Positions 10,198 through 19,387 of a stretch of DNA of 64,000 bases are shown piece after piece. Each line of letters opens with the position of its first letter. Positions within the stretch are counted from its first letter, which is position 1. The notes beneath the pieces were generated by a model, which saw nothing but the letters and a program-made list of their open reading frames with translations, was not told the DNA's origin and ran no database searches. Where the stretch lies: positions 1,728,001 through 1,792,000 of the forward strand of contig OY969100.1 in the NCBI GenBank assembly GCA_963697895.1, written 5' to 3'. The translations under genes and the position numbers were made by a program. The DNA comes from an uncultured Methanomicrobiales archaeon (lineage in GTDB: Archaea > Halobacteriota > Methanomicrobia > Methanomicrobiales > Methanospirillaceae).

Positions 10198-11808
10198 CTA
10201 TGGGGCAGGTTTCCCCATCACTTCGCGCTCTTCATTGGTGAGACTGGTCAGAACGTCTTCTGTCCTGCCGATCTGAACAATTTTCCCTCCCCGCATAAGT
10301 GCGATCCTGTCGCAGATGTCCCGCACAAATTCCATATCATGGGAAACGACGATGAACGTCTCATCCATGTCATCCCGTGCATGGAGGATCGAATGCTTCA
10401 CATCTATCTTCGTGAGAGGATCCATCGTGCCGGTCGGTTCATCAAGGATCACCATCCGAGGCTCACGAATCAGTACCTGCGCCAGAGCAACCCGGTGGCG
10501 CTCCCCCTCGGAGAGCTGGCTTGGATAACGGTCGAGCACTTCTGAACTTTTCTTTTCCGTGAACCCTGCCATCTTCAGGGTGATGATCGCCTTCCGCATC
10601 GCGAGCTCCTTGGGGAACTCGAGCCCTATCGCATCGGTCAGGTTATCAAGGACCGTCCGGTGGGGGAAGAGATCATATTCCTGGTGGAGAAGGCCCAGGT
10701 ATCCTTTCGCCCGTCCTCTGAATTCTATACCCGGTTTCGTCATATCGACCCAGTCGTCACCGATATGGATCATCATCTCCCCACTGGTCGGCTCGATAAT
10801 CCCCGCCATTACGCGGGATAGGGTAGTCTTGCCGGCACCGCTCTTTCCGATAATCCCGAATATCTCTTTCGTATTCACGTCAAATGTAACTCCATTGACC
10901 GCACGGACCACACCCCTGTCCACCGATATATACCTTTTAAAGACATCACGGGCGATCAGGATACGATCCCCTATTTCAGGCTTTTCAAACTCTTCCGTAT
11001 CGCTGAATCCCTTCATAAAGTGACGGATAACTTCTCCGGGACTCCCGAGTTTCGCGATCTCCCCATCGACGAGCAGCAAAGCCCGGTTTGCAACATCTTC
11101 GATCACCTGGGAGAAATGCGAGGTGACGACCATCCCCATATTATTCGTCTTTGCGGCCTCCTTCAACATCGAGTGGACGATCCGGGCAGTCTCCGGGTCG
11201 AGGGTCCCGGTCGGCTCATCGGCGTATAGTAAAAATGGTTCCTTCGCCAGCTGCCGTGCCAGAACCACCCGCTGTTTCTCCCCGCCGGAGAGGTCCCGGG
11301 CGATGTGCATCATACGATGGGAGAGGCGGACCTGGTCGAGAAGGTCAGCGGCCCGGTTAATTGCACTCTCAACCGGATAGTCGATGTCATCCAGCGCATG
11401 CAGTACGTTCTCAATAACCCGGTCATTGCCATAGAGGGCAAACGTGCGCTGGAACATGATCGCCGTGTGCTGCATAATACGGCGTTTCATCTTCTCGTTT
11501 GCCTCCTTCCAGAAATCCACGTCCATGAGACGAAGTTCCCCGCCACAAAGGGGACAGGGTTTTTTGTCCGAACTCGGCACCGCCAGATAATCGCAACCGG
11601 AACAGGCAGCAACGTGGTAGATGATTTTCCCCCCCGTCGGTGGCTGCTCGACACCACGCATAAGATGGATCAGGACCGTTTTGCCCGCGCCGCTCCGTCC
11701 GATAATACCGAGAATCTCTCCCTCCTGTATTTCAAAAGAAATATTATTCAGCACCTTTTTTCCATCAAATTCCATGGAGAGGTGATCGACGGTGATCAAT
11801 GGGGTCAT
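10198..11808 (-). CDS. atwA: Methyl-coenzyme M reductase system component A2 (dual ABC ATPase with Zn-binding insert)
   Basis: Two Walker A motifs (GRSGAGKT, GKSGAGKT), CxxC...CxxC insert, QRTFALYG; heads the marker operon. Confidence 0.95.
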   Translation of the reverse strand: MTPLITVDHLSMEFDGKKVLNNISFEIQEGEILGIIGRSGAGKTVLIHLMRGVEQPPTGGKIIYHVAACSGCDYLAVPSSDKKPCPLCGGELRLMDVDFWKEANEKMKRRIMQHTAIMFQRTFALYGNDRVIENVLHALDDIDYPVESAINRAADLLDQVRLSHRMMHIARDLSGGEKQRVVLARQLAKEPFLLYADEPTGTLDPETARIVHSMLKEAAKTNNMGMVVTSHFSQVIEDVANRALLLVDGEIAKLGSPGEVIRHFMKGFSDTEEFEKPEIGDRILIARDVFKRYISVDRGVVRAVNGVTFDVNTKEIFGIIGKSGAGKTTLSRVMAGIIEPTSGEMMIHIGDDWVDMTKPGIEFRGRAKGYLGLLHQEYDLFPHRTVLDNLTDAIGLEFPKELAMRKAIITLKMAGFTEKKSSEVLDRYPSQLSEGERHRVALAQVLIREPRMVILDEPTGTMDPLTKIDVKHSILHARDDMDETFIVVSHDMEFVRDICDRIALMRGGKIVQIGRTEDVLTSLTNEEREVMGKPAP

Positions 11809-12010
11809 GGTACTCCTATAACCTATAGATGCAACGGTCACATATTACCTTTTGTGAAATTGCCAACAAACAGATAATACTTGTGAAATTATCCCCGGAT
11901 CAGAACAGAACTCAACGGTCATTATGGGCCCCGGTATAAAAAGAGAGGATCCGGTTCGCTTTTTCATCATCAGGGATCTTAAATACCTCCGACCCAACAA
12001 AAAATCCAGA

Positions 12011-12266
12011 TCCTGTTGATGGTTTACCTGATCCGGCCCGACGGCCCGGGGAAATCTCCGCTCTCTTATCGGCGCGACCCTCCATGGATTTTAACAGCGG
12101 GACCCCTCATCTTTCCCGGATCTCTCCAAACGAGCATCGGTTCAGGACACTGTCAAGCGGACGAGACTTCTGCCGGTCCGGTTGAACCGTATCTCCCCTC
12201 ATCACCGCTCGGGCACTTATGGGAGGACGATCCCCTTTTGTCCGCTGAATGCATCGGGACCATCAA
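12011..12266 (-). ncRNA. Candidate ~255-nt structured ncRNA with K-loop motifs and ACA boxes (H/ACA-like)
   Basis: 8-bp closing stem (12259-12266/12016-12023), internal 7-bp stem followed by UGACA, CCGA-n-UGAUGA K-loop-like motif, TATA-like box ~25 nt upstream, U-tract downstream; no credible ORF. Confidence 0.55.
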
Positions 12267-12375
12267 AATCTTAACGGGACATACAAACATAAAGGGCCAT
12301 GGATCAATCACCCTCTTTTATCATCCGTTTCCCCGGACCGCCCCCTCTTAAGGTATCATTAAGGCATTTTTTTAT

Positions 12376-13212
12376 TCATGATTTTGCCGCCTGATCCGAA
12401 TCCCTTCGTGCGATCGCCCGCACGATATCTACCACCTCGCGAACATTGGCAACCACGTAGTCTGCGGCTTCATAAAGATCTCGCGGGCGTTCTCCTGGTT
12501 GCTCTTCGGTAAGAATGGCGATATCGGCGGTTTTCATGGCACAGAGATCATTGATCCCATCCCCGACCATGATGACCTGGTTGTACTCGCATTTGAGGTC
12601 GCAGATGATCTGTGCCTTTATCGTCGGTGTAGCGACTCCATACACCCGATCGCGGGGAATCCCCAGGTAATCTGCCATTTTTTCCAGTTTGGTCAGCCGA
12701 TCGCCGGACGCAATATAGGTTGCAATGCCCAGCTGGTGCAGCGTGGTAACGGCTTCCCGGGCCCCTTCGAACGGACGGCCTCCGGTGGTGATCGTATACT
12801 CGATCGTTCGTGAAGCCATGTTCAGGATCACCCCGCTATTCATGGCAACAACCGCTTCTTCCTTGCAGCTCCCCCAGACTGTCCGTATGCACTCCTGTAG
12901 ATCACCGACCCGGGCATGCCGGTCATGATAGAGCACATTACCGATCTCCTCGGTCGTTATGACTTTTCGTGTACAGCTTACGCCAAATCCGATACCGTTC
13001 TCGGCAAGATATGTCGATAAACAGATGCGGGGATCGGATTGAATGATATCATGGGAGTGTGCGTGGAGCACAACCAGGACCCGGTCCGGAGAACTGAAGG
13101 TGAGAGTTACCGTCTCCACGCCCGGGAGAAGCCGGTTATTGACGATATCCTTCACGGCCCGGTACGTATGGAGAAGTGTTCCGGCGCTGTCAAAAACCAC
13201 TGCAAGGGACAT
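12376..13212 (-). CDS. HAD-family hydrolase (soluble P-type ATPase-like)
   Basis: FDSAGT motif I, ASGD, MVGDGIND. Confidence 0.85.
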   Translation of the reverse strand: MSLAVVFDSAGTLLHTYRAVKDIVNNRLLPGVETVTLTFSSPDRVLVVLHAHSHDIIQSDPRICLSTYLAENGIGFGVSCTRKVITTEEIGNVLYHDRHARVGDLQECIRTVWGSCKEEAVVAMNSGVILNMASRTIEYTITTGGRPFEGAREAVTTLHQLGIATYIASGDRLTKLEKMADYLGIPRDRVYGVATPTIKAQIICDLKCEYNQVIMVGDGINDLCAMKTADIAILTEEQPGERPRDLYEAADYVVANVREVVDIVRAIARRDSDQAAKS

Positions 13213-13289
13213 GCCTCTTCCTGCCTGTATACCCGTTATTCTACCCCATAAGTTCTTTCTAGTTGGTTACCCTCTTATCCATGAGGCCA

Positions 13290-14252
13290 ATGGTGCTTAT
13301 TGATACTGCAGAGAAGATAAAGCGGATGGAGATCCGGGGGGCAGGAAGGATAGCACGGGCGGCGGTACGGGCTCTGCAGGATGAGGCAGAAACCATGAGA
13401 ATGGATGATCTCGCACAATTTTTGGCAGCAATGCAGGAAGCCGCCGATGTTCTCGTTGAAACGCGGCCAACGGCGGTTTCGCTCCCGAACGCAGTTCACC
13501 TGGTGATGAGTTCTCTGATCGGTGTTTCGACTATTGAGGAGGCCCGATCCCGTTTTACCACGAAATGCGAGGATTTTATCCGTTCTTCAGAGGAGGCGGT
13601 CGGACATATCGGTACCATCGGATCGCACCATATCAGGGATGGTGACCGGATCCTCACCCATTGCAACTCCGAAGCTGCGCTGGCATGCATCCTTACCGCA
13701 CACCGGCAGGGAAAGGAGATATCGGTATATGCCACAGAAGTCCGGCCGGGTAACCAGGGACTGCTGACCATCCGAAGCCTGAATGAAGCCGGGATCCGGA
13801 CCAATTTTATCGTTGATTCTGCGGTTCGCTTTTTCATCAATGATATCGATCTGGTGATTGTCGGTGCGGATGCTATTGCCGTGAACGGGGCGGTGGTCAA
13901 TAAGATCGGGACAGCACAGATCGCCCTTGCGGCTCATGAAGCACGGACGAATTTTATCGTTGCCGCAGAGACCTACAAATTTGCCCCGAGGACGATCCTC
14001 GGTGAGCTGATCGTCCTTGAGGAGCGACCGGGCAGCGAGGTGCTCTCCGATGAACTCGCACAACAGCTCCCCTGTGTGAAGGTAAGAAATCCTGTTTTCG
14101 ATGTCACCCCCCCGGAATATATCGACGTCATCGTGACTGAAGAGGGAGCGATTCCTCCCCAGATGGCATACAGCATCATCAAAGATTATCTGGGGTGGGG
14201 GATAGAAGAATTTCATAAAGAATTCAGGTTACATAGTAATGGACAGGAGTGA
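13290..14252 (+). CDS. Ribose-1,5-bisphosphate isomerase (eIF-2B alpha/beta/delta family)
   Basis: MEIRGAGRIA, TRPTAVSL, THCNS, GADAI..NGAVVNKIGT; adjacent to RuBisCO. Confidence 0.9.
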   Translation: MVLIDTAEKIKRMEIRGAGRIARAAVRALQDEAETMRMDDLAQFLAAMQEAADVLVETRPTAVSLPNAVHLVMSSLIGVSTIEEARSRFTTKCEDFIRSSEEAVGHIGTIGSHHIRDGDRILTHCNSEAALACILTAHRQGKEISVYATEVRPGNQGLLTIRSLNEAGIRTNFIVDSAVRFFINDIDLVIVGADAIAVNGAVVNKIGTAQIALAAHEARTNFIVAAETYKFAPRTILGELIVLEERPGSEVLSDELAQQLPCVKVRNPVFDVTPPEYIDVIVTEEGAIPPQMAYSIIKDYLGWGIEEFHKEFRLHSNGQE

Positions 14253-14256
14253 GCCG

Positions 14257-15456
14257 ATGCAGGATGTAATTGCCACCTACTATTTCCGGCCCCGGGAGGA
14301 CACCTCCCCCACGGATGCTGCGCAGGCGATTTGTGAGGAGGAAACGACCGGGACATGGACAGGGATCTCGACCCGTGCAGCGTACGTGACGCGTCTTGAC
14401 GGGGCCGTCGAGAGCGTTACCCCGTACCAGGAGGGATTCATCACAAAGATCCGGTACCCGAGGGAACTCTTCGAGCAGGGCAACATCGCCCAATACCTCT
14501 CTGTTGTCGCGGGCAACCTCTTCGGTCTCTCCCGGCTCCGTTCGGTACGGCTCCTCGATGTGGAATACCCGGTGGAACTGGTACCGTTCCATGGGCCCCG
14601 GTTCGGAGTGTCAGGGATTCGGCGAATGGTCGGGACGACCAAAAGACCACATGTCGGTACCATCATAAAGCCGAAGGTCGGGTTAACGCCGAAAGACACG
14701 GCTTGTGTCGCATATGAGGCGGCCATGGGAGGAGTGGATCTTATCAAGGATGACGAGACCCTTACCGACCAGAAATTCTGCCCGATCGCCGAGCGTGTCC
14801 CGCTGGTCATGGCACGACTCGATGATGCCAGGGGCGAGACCGGCCAGCAGGTCCTGTATGCCGTCAATATCACGACCAGGGCAGATCAGATCGTCGAACG
14901 TGCGGAAACAGCGATCGCTCTCGGGGCAAATATGATCATGATCGATGTGATCATCGCAGGATTCGGGGCGCTCCAGGCCCTTGGCGAAAACCCCGCAATC
15001 AAGGTCCCGATCCATGTACATCGGGCGATGCATGCGGCGATGACAAGAAACAAAGAGCACGGTATCGCCTGGCGTCCCCTTGCACGGATGGTCAGAATGC
15101 TCGGGGGAGATCAATTGCATACCGGGACAGTCAGCGGGAAGATGAGTCATGAAGCCGAGGAAGTGACCGGTGATAACGAAGCACTCCTGTCACCGTTCTA
15201 TGCCCTGAAAAGGACATTTCCCGTGGCAAGCGGCGGTTTGCACCCGGGAAAGGTCGATGCGGAACTCCGGACGCTGGGAACCGAAATCATCCTCCAGGCG
15301 GGTGGAGGGATCCATGGTCATCCCGACGGTACGCGGGCCGGAGCCCGCGCGATGCGGCAGGCGGTGGATGCGTTCATGGCAGGGGTTACGGCGGAAGAAT
15401 ATGCAAAAGATCATTACGAGCTCGATCGGGCGCTGAAACACTGGGGAACGAAATAA
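14257..15456 (+). CDS. rbcL: RuBisCO large subunit, archaeal form III
   Basis: IKPKVGL, DLIKDDE, VHRAMH, loop-6 GTVSGKM, ASGG, QAGGGIHGHP: catalytic set appears intact. Confidence 0.9.
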   Translation: MQDVIATYYFRPREDTSPTDAAQAICEEETTGTWTGISTRAAYVTRLDGAVESVTPYQEGFITKIRYPRELFEQGNIAQYLSVVAGNLFGLSRLRSVRLLDVEYPVELVPFHGPRFGVSGIRRMVGTTKRPHVGTIIKPKVGLTPKDTACVAYEAAMGGVDLIKDDETLTDQKFCPIAERVPLVMARLDDARGETGQQVLYAVNITTRADQIVERAETAIALGANMIMIDVIIAGFGALQALGENPAIKVPIHVHRAMHAAMTRNKEHGIAWRPLARMVRMLGGDQLHTGTVSGKMSHEAEEVTGDNEALLSPFYALKRTFPVASGGLHPGKVDAELRTLGTEIILQAGGGIHGHPDGTRAGARAMRQAVDAFMAGVTAEEYAKDHYELDRALKHWGTK

Positions 15457-15457
15457 G

Positions 15458-16285
15458 GTGGCGGATATGAAGATACCCTTCGTGAAGATGGATGCCAACG
15501 GCAATGATTTCGTGGTAATTGATGAATATGAGCAGATGATCATAACGGATGACATGAAGGGGCAATTTGCGGCACTCTTTTGTGACCGTCATTTCGGAAT
15601 TGGAGCTGATGGCATCCTCTTCATTTCCCGGTCGGAGAAGGCCGACCTGCGGATGCGCCTCTTCCAGCCGGATGCGAGCGAAGCGGAGATGTGCGGAAAT
15701 GGTATCCGGTGCTTTGCAAAGTATGCGGTGGATGCAGGGTATGGGAAGGAGAATTTCAGGGTGGAGACTCTCGCAGGGATCATTGGGGTAACCCCCGATT
15801 ATTCGGACGACCTCTTCTCTGCGAGCATCGTCATGACAAGCCCGAAATTTGACCGCAAAGACATTCCGGCCACCGGGGAAGGGGAATATAGGGAAAGGAT
15901 CGAGGGGTTGGATGTGTATGCGGTTAACATCGGGGTTCCGCATGCCGTTGTCTTCGTGCCGGATCTCGATTCCGTAAACGTGGGATCGATCGGCCCGGTC
16001 ATCCGGTTTCACCAGACATTTCCCAAAGGTGCGAATGTCGACTTTGTCCAGCGGGTCGATGATAATAACCTCAAAATACGGACTTTTGAACGCGGGATCG
16101 AAGGAGAGACCCTGTCCTGCGGTACGGGTGCGACAGCAGCGGCAGTTATCGCTCATAAAATCGGAATGGCAGGTGCGCAGGTGGAGGTGGAGACGACCGG
16201 GGGACCCATCACCATCTCCATCGGTGATGAGGTGAAGATGGACGGACCGGCGGAGACGGTCTTTACCGGACAGATCGAATTTTAG
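15458..16285 (+). CDS. dapF: Diaminopimelate epimerase
   Basis: GNDF, EMCGNGIRC, ERG..ETLSCGTG. Confidence 0.95.
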   Translation: MADMKIPFVKMDANGNDFVVIDEYEQMIITDDMKGQFAALFCDRHFGIGADGILFISRSEKADLRMRLFQPDASEAEMCGNGIRCFAKYAVDAGYGKENFRVETLAGIIGVTPDYSDDLFSASIVMTSPKFDRKDIPATGEGEYRERIEGLDVYAVNIGVPHAVVFVPDLDSVNVGSIGPVIRFHQTFPKGANVDFVQRVDDNNLKIRTFERGIEGETLSCGTGATAAAVIAHKIGMAGAQVEVETTGGPITISIGDEVKMDGPAETVFTGQIEF

Positions 16286-16438
16286 GCATAATACCCCTGT
16301 TTCCCCGGAAATCATAAGTTTTTATCTTCAGATTTTTTTATTGTTGGGAAATAAAATTTCCCTGGAAATCCCTGAGTATCGGCTCCGGGAATGTCCCGGA
16401 TACCCGGTCCAGACCCGACTCCGGGAATGCACTTACTC

Positions 16439-17140
16439 CTATTTACTCCTCTCCCGGGTTGTTAGTCCCCCGACCAGCCAGGCGATGAGGACGGCGAGAT
16501 AGAGGACACCGCTTACGACACAGAACATGGCGATTGTCCGTGCAGCCGCTGTCAGGGGGACGACATCCCCATACCCGAGGGTGGTGAGAGTGTAAAAGCT
16601 ATAATAAAAATGATCCGACAGGGTCATCATCCGGTTGATGGAATCTATCGGGTATGGATAGAATGACCCCGGAAGGATGGTGTCGAGGAGAAAGAATCCC
16701 ATTCCATATGTGAGGCCTATCAGGAGATAGACGCAGATACCGCCGTATATCGTATCCCGTTGGATGATGGCGGACTTCAGGACGGAGATCAGGACTGTAA
16801 TCGTCACGAAGATAAAAAAGAGAAGCGTTGCGCTGTTATAAATAAGGGCAACACCAGGGAGGGGCGATATCAGGGAGACCCACCCGGTTACGATCGGGAT
16901 TGCGGCGAGCACCAGGGCAGCGGCCAGTTTTAACCGGGTATCGGCAACCGCGTATACTCCAACGATCAGGAGAAGCATGGTGAGACTGATGAGGGTCCAT
17001 TGTCCGACCGCATTCTCTTCAAAGATCGGATACAGGAGGAGCAGGATAACGATGCTCGTCAGAAGGAGCAGGAATCTGTTATTATTCCGCCATTTATGAA
17101 AGGCAGTCGACATGTTCGCCAAGTTGTGCCCGACATTCAT
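16439..17140 (-). CDS. Potassium channel family protein
   Basis: Multiple TM helices; filter TLTTLGYGD. Confidence 0.85.
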   Translation of the reverse strand: MNVGHNLANMSTAFHKWRNNNRFLLLLTSIVILLLLYPIFEENAVGQWTLISLTMLLLIVGVYAVADTRLKLAAALVLAAIPIVTGWVSLISPLPGVALIYNSATLLFFIFVTITVLISVLKSAIIQRDTIYGGICVYLLIGLTYGMGFFLLDTILPGSFYPYPIDSINRMMTLSDHFYYSFYTLTTLGYGDVVPLTAAARTIAMFCVVSGVLYLAVLIAWLVGGLTTRERSK

Positions 17141-17472
17141 CTCCGTCTCTTACCTCAATTTCTGCATTCGCGCATCCGCCCGGGGAAAACCGCGTGAATA
17201 CGATACGGTATGCATAACAGGGTAAAAAGTTGCGCATTCCCTTATGGGTCAACAGGGGACGTACCGATGGCCGCTGAATCGATGTAATCACTACGAAATA
17301 GTCTGAACGAACACGTATTCTGATGAATGTTTATCCCCGGAGCTGAGCATATTATTTTCCTCCGTTTATCCGTTCCCGGGGTACACCCGTCCAAAAAGAG
17401 GTTTTCATTCATCACTGGTATTGGTTTGATATCAGTTTAAGGATGAATAACGCCGAAGATACAGGATCTAAA

Positions 17473-18147
17473 TCATCCTTTGTACGGTTCGATACCCGTC
17501 CCACTGATGATAAAATCGAAATGTGCTCCTGCAGGGAGCGAACGGTGCTTTGCAAGGGTAGCACGACGATACCGATCCATCCGGTCGACCCGGACGATCA
17601 CCTTTGAGATGTGTTCCAGCGCGGTACCCCCAAGGCCGACGAAGGTGTTCCGCCGGGTGTCCATATAGACCTGATTGGTGATCACGATCGGAATATCGTA
17701 CCGTTTGCCGAATCCGAGGAGCTGCACCATCTGCTGCGTAAGTTTCTGCATCGCATCGCGCCCCTTCTCGAGCTCCGTCCGGTAGAGCCCGGTAGCAGAA
17801 TCCAGGACTACAAGCCCGATATCCTGGCTCCGGAGCACCTGATCCGCGCTTGCGATCATCATCCCCTGCTGATAGAAGTCCGAGGGTTCATATAAAAAAA
17901 GCCGTTCTGCAAGTTTTCCGGCGGCATCTCCGGCTACCTGGCGGAACCGTTCTATAGAGAACCCCTCGGTATCGATGAAGATGACCCCCCTACCCGATCG
18001 AAGACATTCTACCGCGATGATAACGCAAAGAGTGCTCTTGCCACTTGCTGGTTCCCCGAACAGCTGCGTGATAACCCGGGGTTCAAGTCCTCCTCCCAGG
18101 AGACGGTCGAGGTCCGGGTTTCCTGTCGTAAGCCGGCGATGCTCCAT
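17473..18147 (-). CDS. radB: DNA repair protein RadB
   Basis: LDRLLGGG, GEPASGKST, IDTEG, C-terminal KHRS basic patch. Confidence 0.93.
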   Translation of the reverse strand: MEHRRLTTGNPDLDRLLGGGLEPRVITQLFGEPASGKSTLCVIIAVECLRSGRGVIFIDTEGFSIERFRQVAGDAAGKLAERLFLYEPSDFYQQGMMIASADQVLRSQDIGLVVLDSATGLYRTELEKGRDAMQKLTQQMVQLLGFGKRYDIPIVITNQVYMDTRRNTFVGLGGTALEHISKVIVRVDRMDRYRRATLAKHRSLPAGAHFDFIISGTGIEPYKG

Positions 18148-19341
18148 TTACCGCCTCTCTACCGATCTTTCTCCATCACGCCAGGCCTGTTCTTCTGCGA
18201 TGCGGATTACATCCCGGACAGGTATGCCAATCGCTTCCGCACATGCTCGTGCAGCATCGAATTCTGCTTTCATCGTATAGTATCGTCCGCCGATAATACC
18301 ACATTTGACCGGTATTTCACATTGTTTTCCGCCGACCTCGATCGTCACCCGGATGGATCTCCGCTCCGCGACGAAACGGTGGACAACCGGCATGCATCGT
18401 ACACCAAGCGTCCCGAGCTCTTCCGCCATGACCAGGGAGAGTGGTTCCCCGTCCCCGGGCCGGCAAATGACCCGGACAAGATATCCCGCCCTTCCTTTCT
18501 TCATTATGCAGGGGAGAGCACTCGCATCGCGGGCGCCCTCCTTCATCAAACGGGTCAGTGTGGAAGAGAGAACTTCCCCACTGATATCATCGACATTTGT
18601 CTCGAGGATATCGACACGGTCATGCGAGATCCTGGGATTCCCTTCAAACAGCGTTGCCCGAAGAACATTCGGTACTCCTGTCGGGTTTGAATCACCAGCC
18701 CCGTAACCGACCGCCAAAACTGTCCCCTTTTCAGGGCAGGGGGGCAGTGTTGCCCTGAATTCTGCCAGTATTGCTGCACCGGTAGGTGTGCAGAGTTCCC
18801 CCTCTTCCCACACATTCACCGCAACTTCCAGCGATGATCCCGAAAGAACTGCCAGGGTCGCCGGGGCCGGTACCGGATACCGGCCATGCACCGCCTGTAT
18901 GGTTCCCTGTCCGAGTGCGATCGGCCGTATCGATATCCCTTCTACCCGGAGGCTTTCGAGAGCGGTACAGGCACCAATGACATCGGCGATTGCATCATCG
19001 GCCCCAACCTCATGGAAAACCGTTTCAGCCCCGTGTACCGCTTTTTCGGCCTCGTTAATCCGCTCAAATATCCGCATTGCAAGAGATCGGGCATAATCGG
19101 ATAATTCCGCATTTTGCACCCGGATCCTGACCTCCTCGAAGGTGCGGTGGCAGACGGGAGCATGGGTATCGACTTTGACTGCCCTGATACCTGCACGATC
19201 AACCTTCGTGATGGAAGGTTCCCCGACGACGGACCGCATTGCACGACGTACATGCGTTTCTTCTGCACCACAGGCGAGCAGAGCTCCGACAATCATGTCT
19301 CCTGCTGCCCCGTGAAACGGATCGATGACAATGGAACGCAT
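18148..19341 (-). CDS. larC: Nickel-pincer cofactor nickel insertase LarC
   Basis: GAAGDM, FHEVGADDAIAD, HGRYPVPAPAT, ELCTPTGAA, ETNVDD, MKKGR. Confidence 0.92.
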   Translation of the reverse strand: MRSIVIDPFHGAAGDMIVGALLACGAEETHVRRAMRSVVGEPSITKVDRAGIRAVKVDTHAPVCHRTFEEVRIRVQNAELSDYARSLAMRIFERINEAEKAVHGAETVFHEVGADDAIADVIGACTALESLRVEGISIRPIALGQGTIQAVHGRYPVPAPATLAVLSGSSLEVAVNVWEEGELCTPTGAAILAEFRATLPPCPEKGTVLAVGYGAGDSNPTGVPNVLRATLFEGNPRISHDRVDILETNVDDISGEVLSSTLTRLMKEGARDASALPCIMKKGRAGYLVRVICRPGDGEPLSLVMAEELGTLGVRCMPVVHRFVAERRSIRVTIEVGGKQCEIPVKCGIIGGRYYTMKAEFDAARACAEAIGIPVRDVIRIAEEQAWRDGERSVERR

Positions 19342-19387
19342 TTTTTACCAGTACTTATAAATCCGTGCGTATATATCCTTTAAGCTG

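Noticed and set aside
5008-11808. Methanogenesis-marker operon as a novel system
   Set aside because: Well-known conserved cluster linked to MCR activation
12016-12351. 111-aa plus-strand ORF; also RNase P or SRP RNA
   Set aside because: The ORF has no recognisable features and lies antisense to a structured element; RNase P (GAGGAAANUCC, AACAGAA) and SRP helix-8 signatures were not found
14257-15456. RuBisCO-like protein (form IV)
   Set aside because: KDDE, the catalytic His in HRAMH and loop-6 Lys are present and R15P isomerase is adjacent, consistent with known form III
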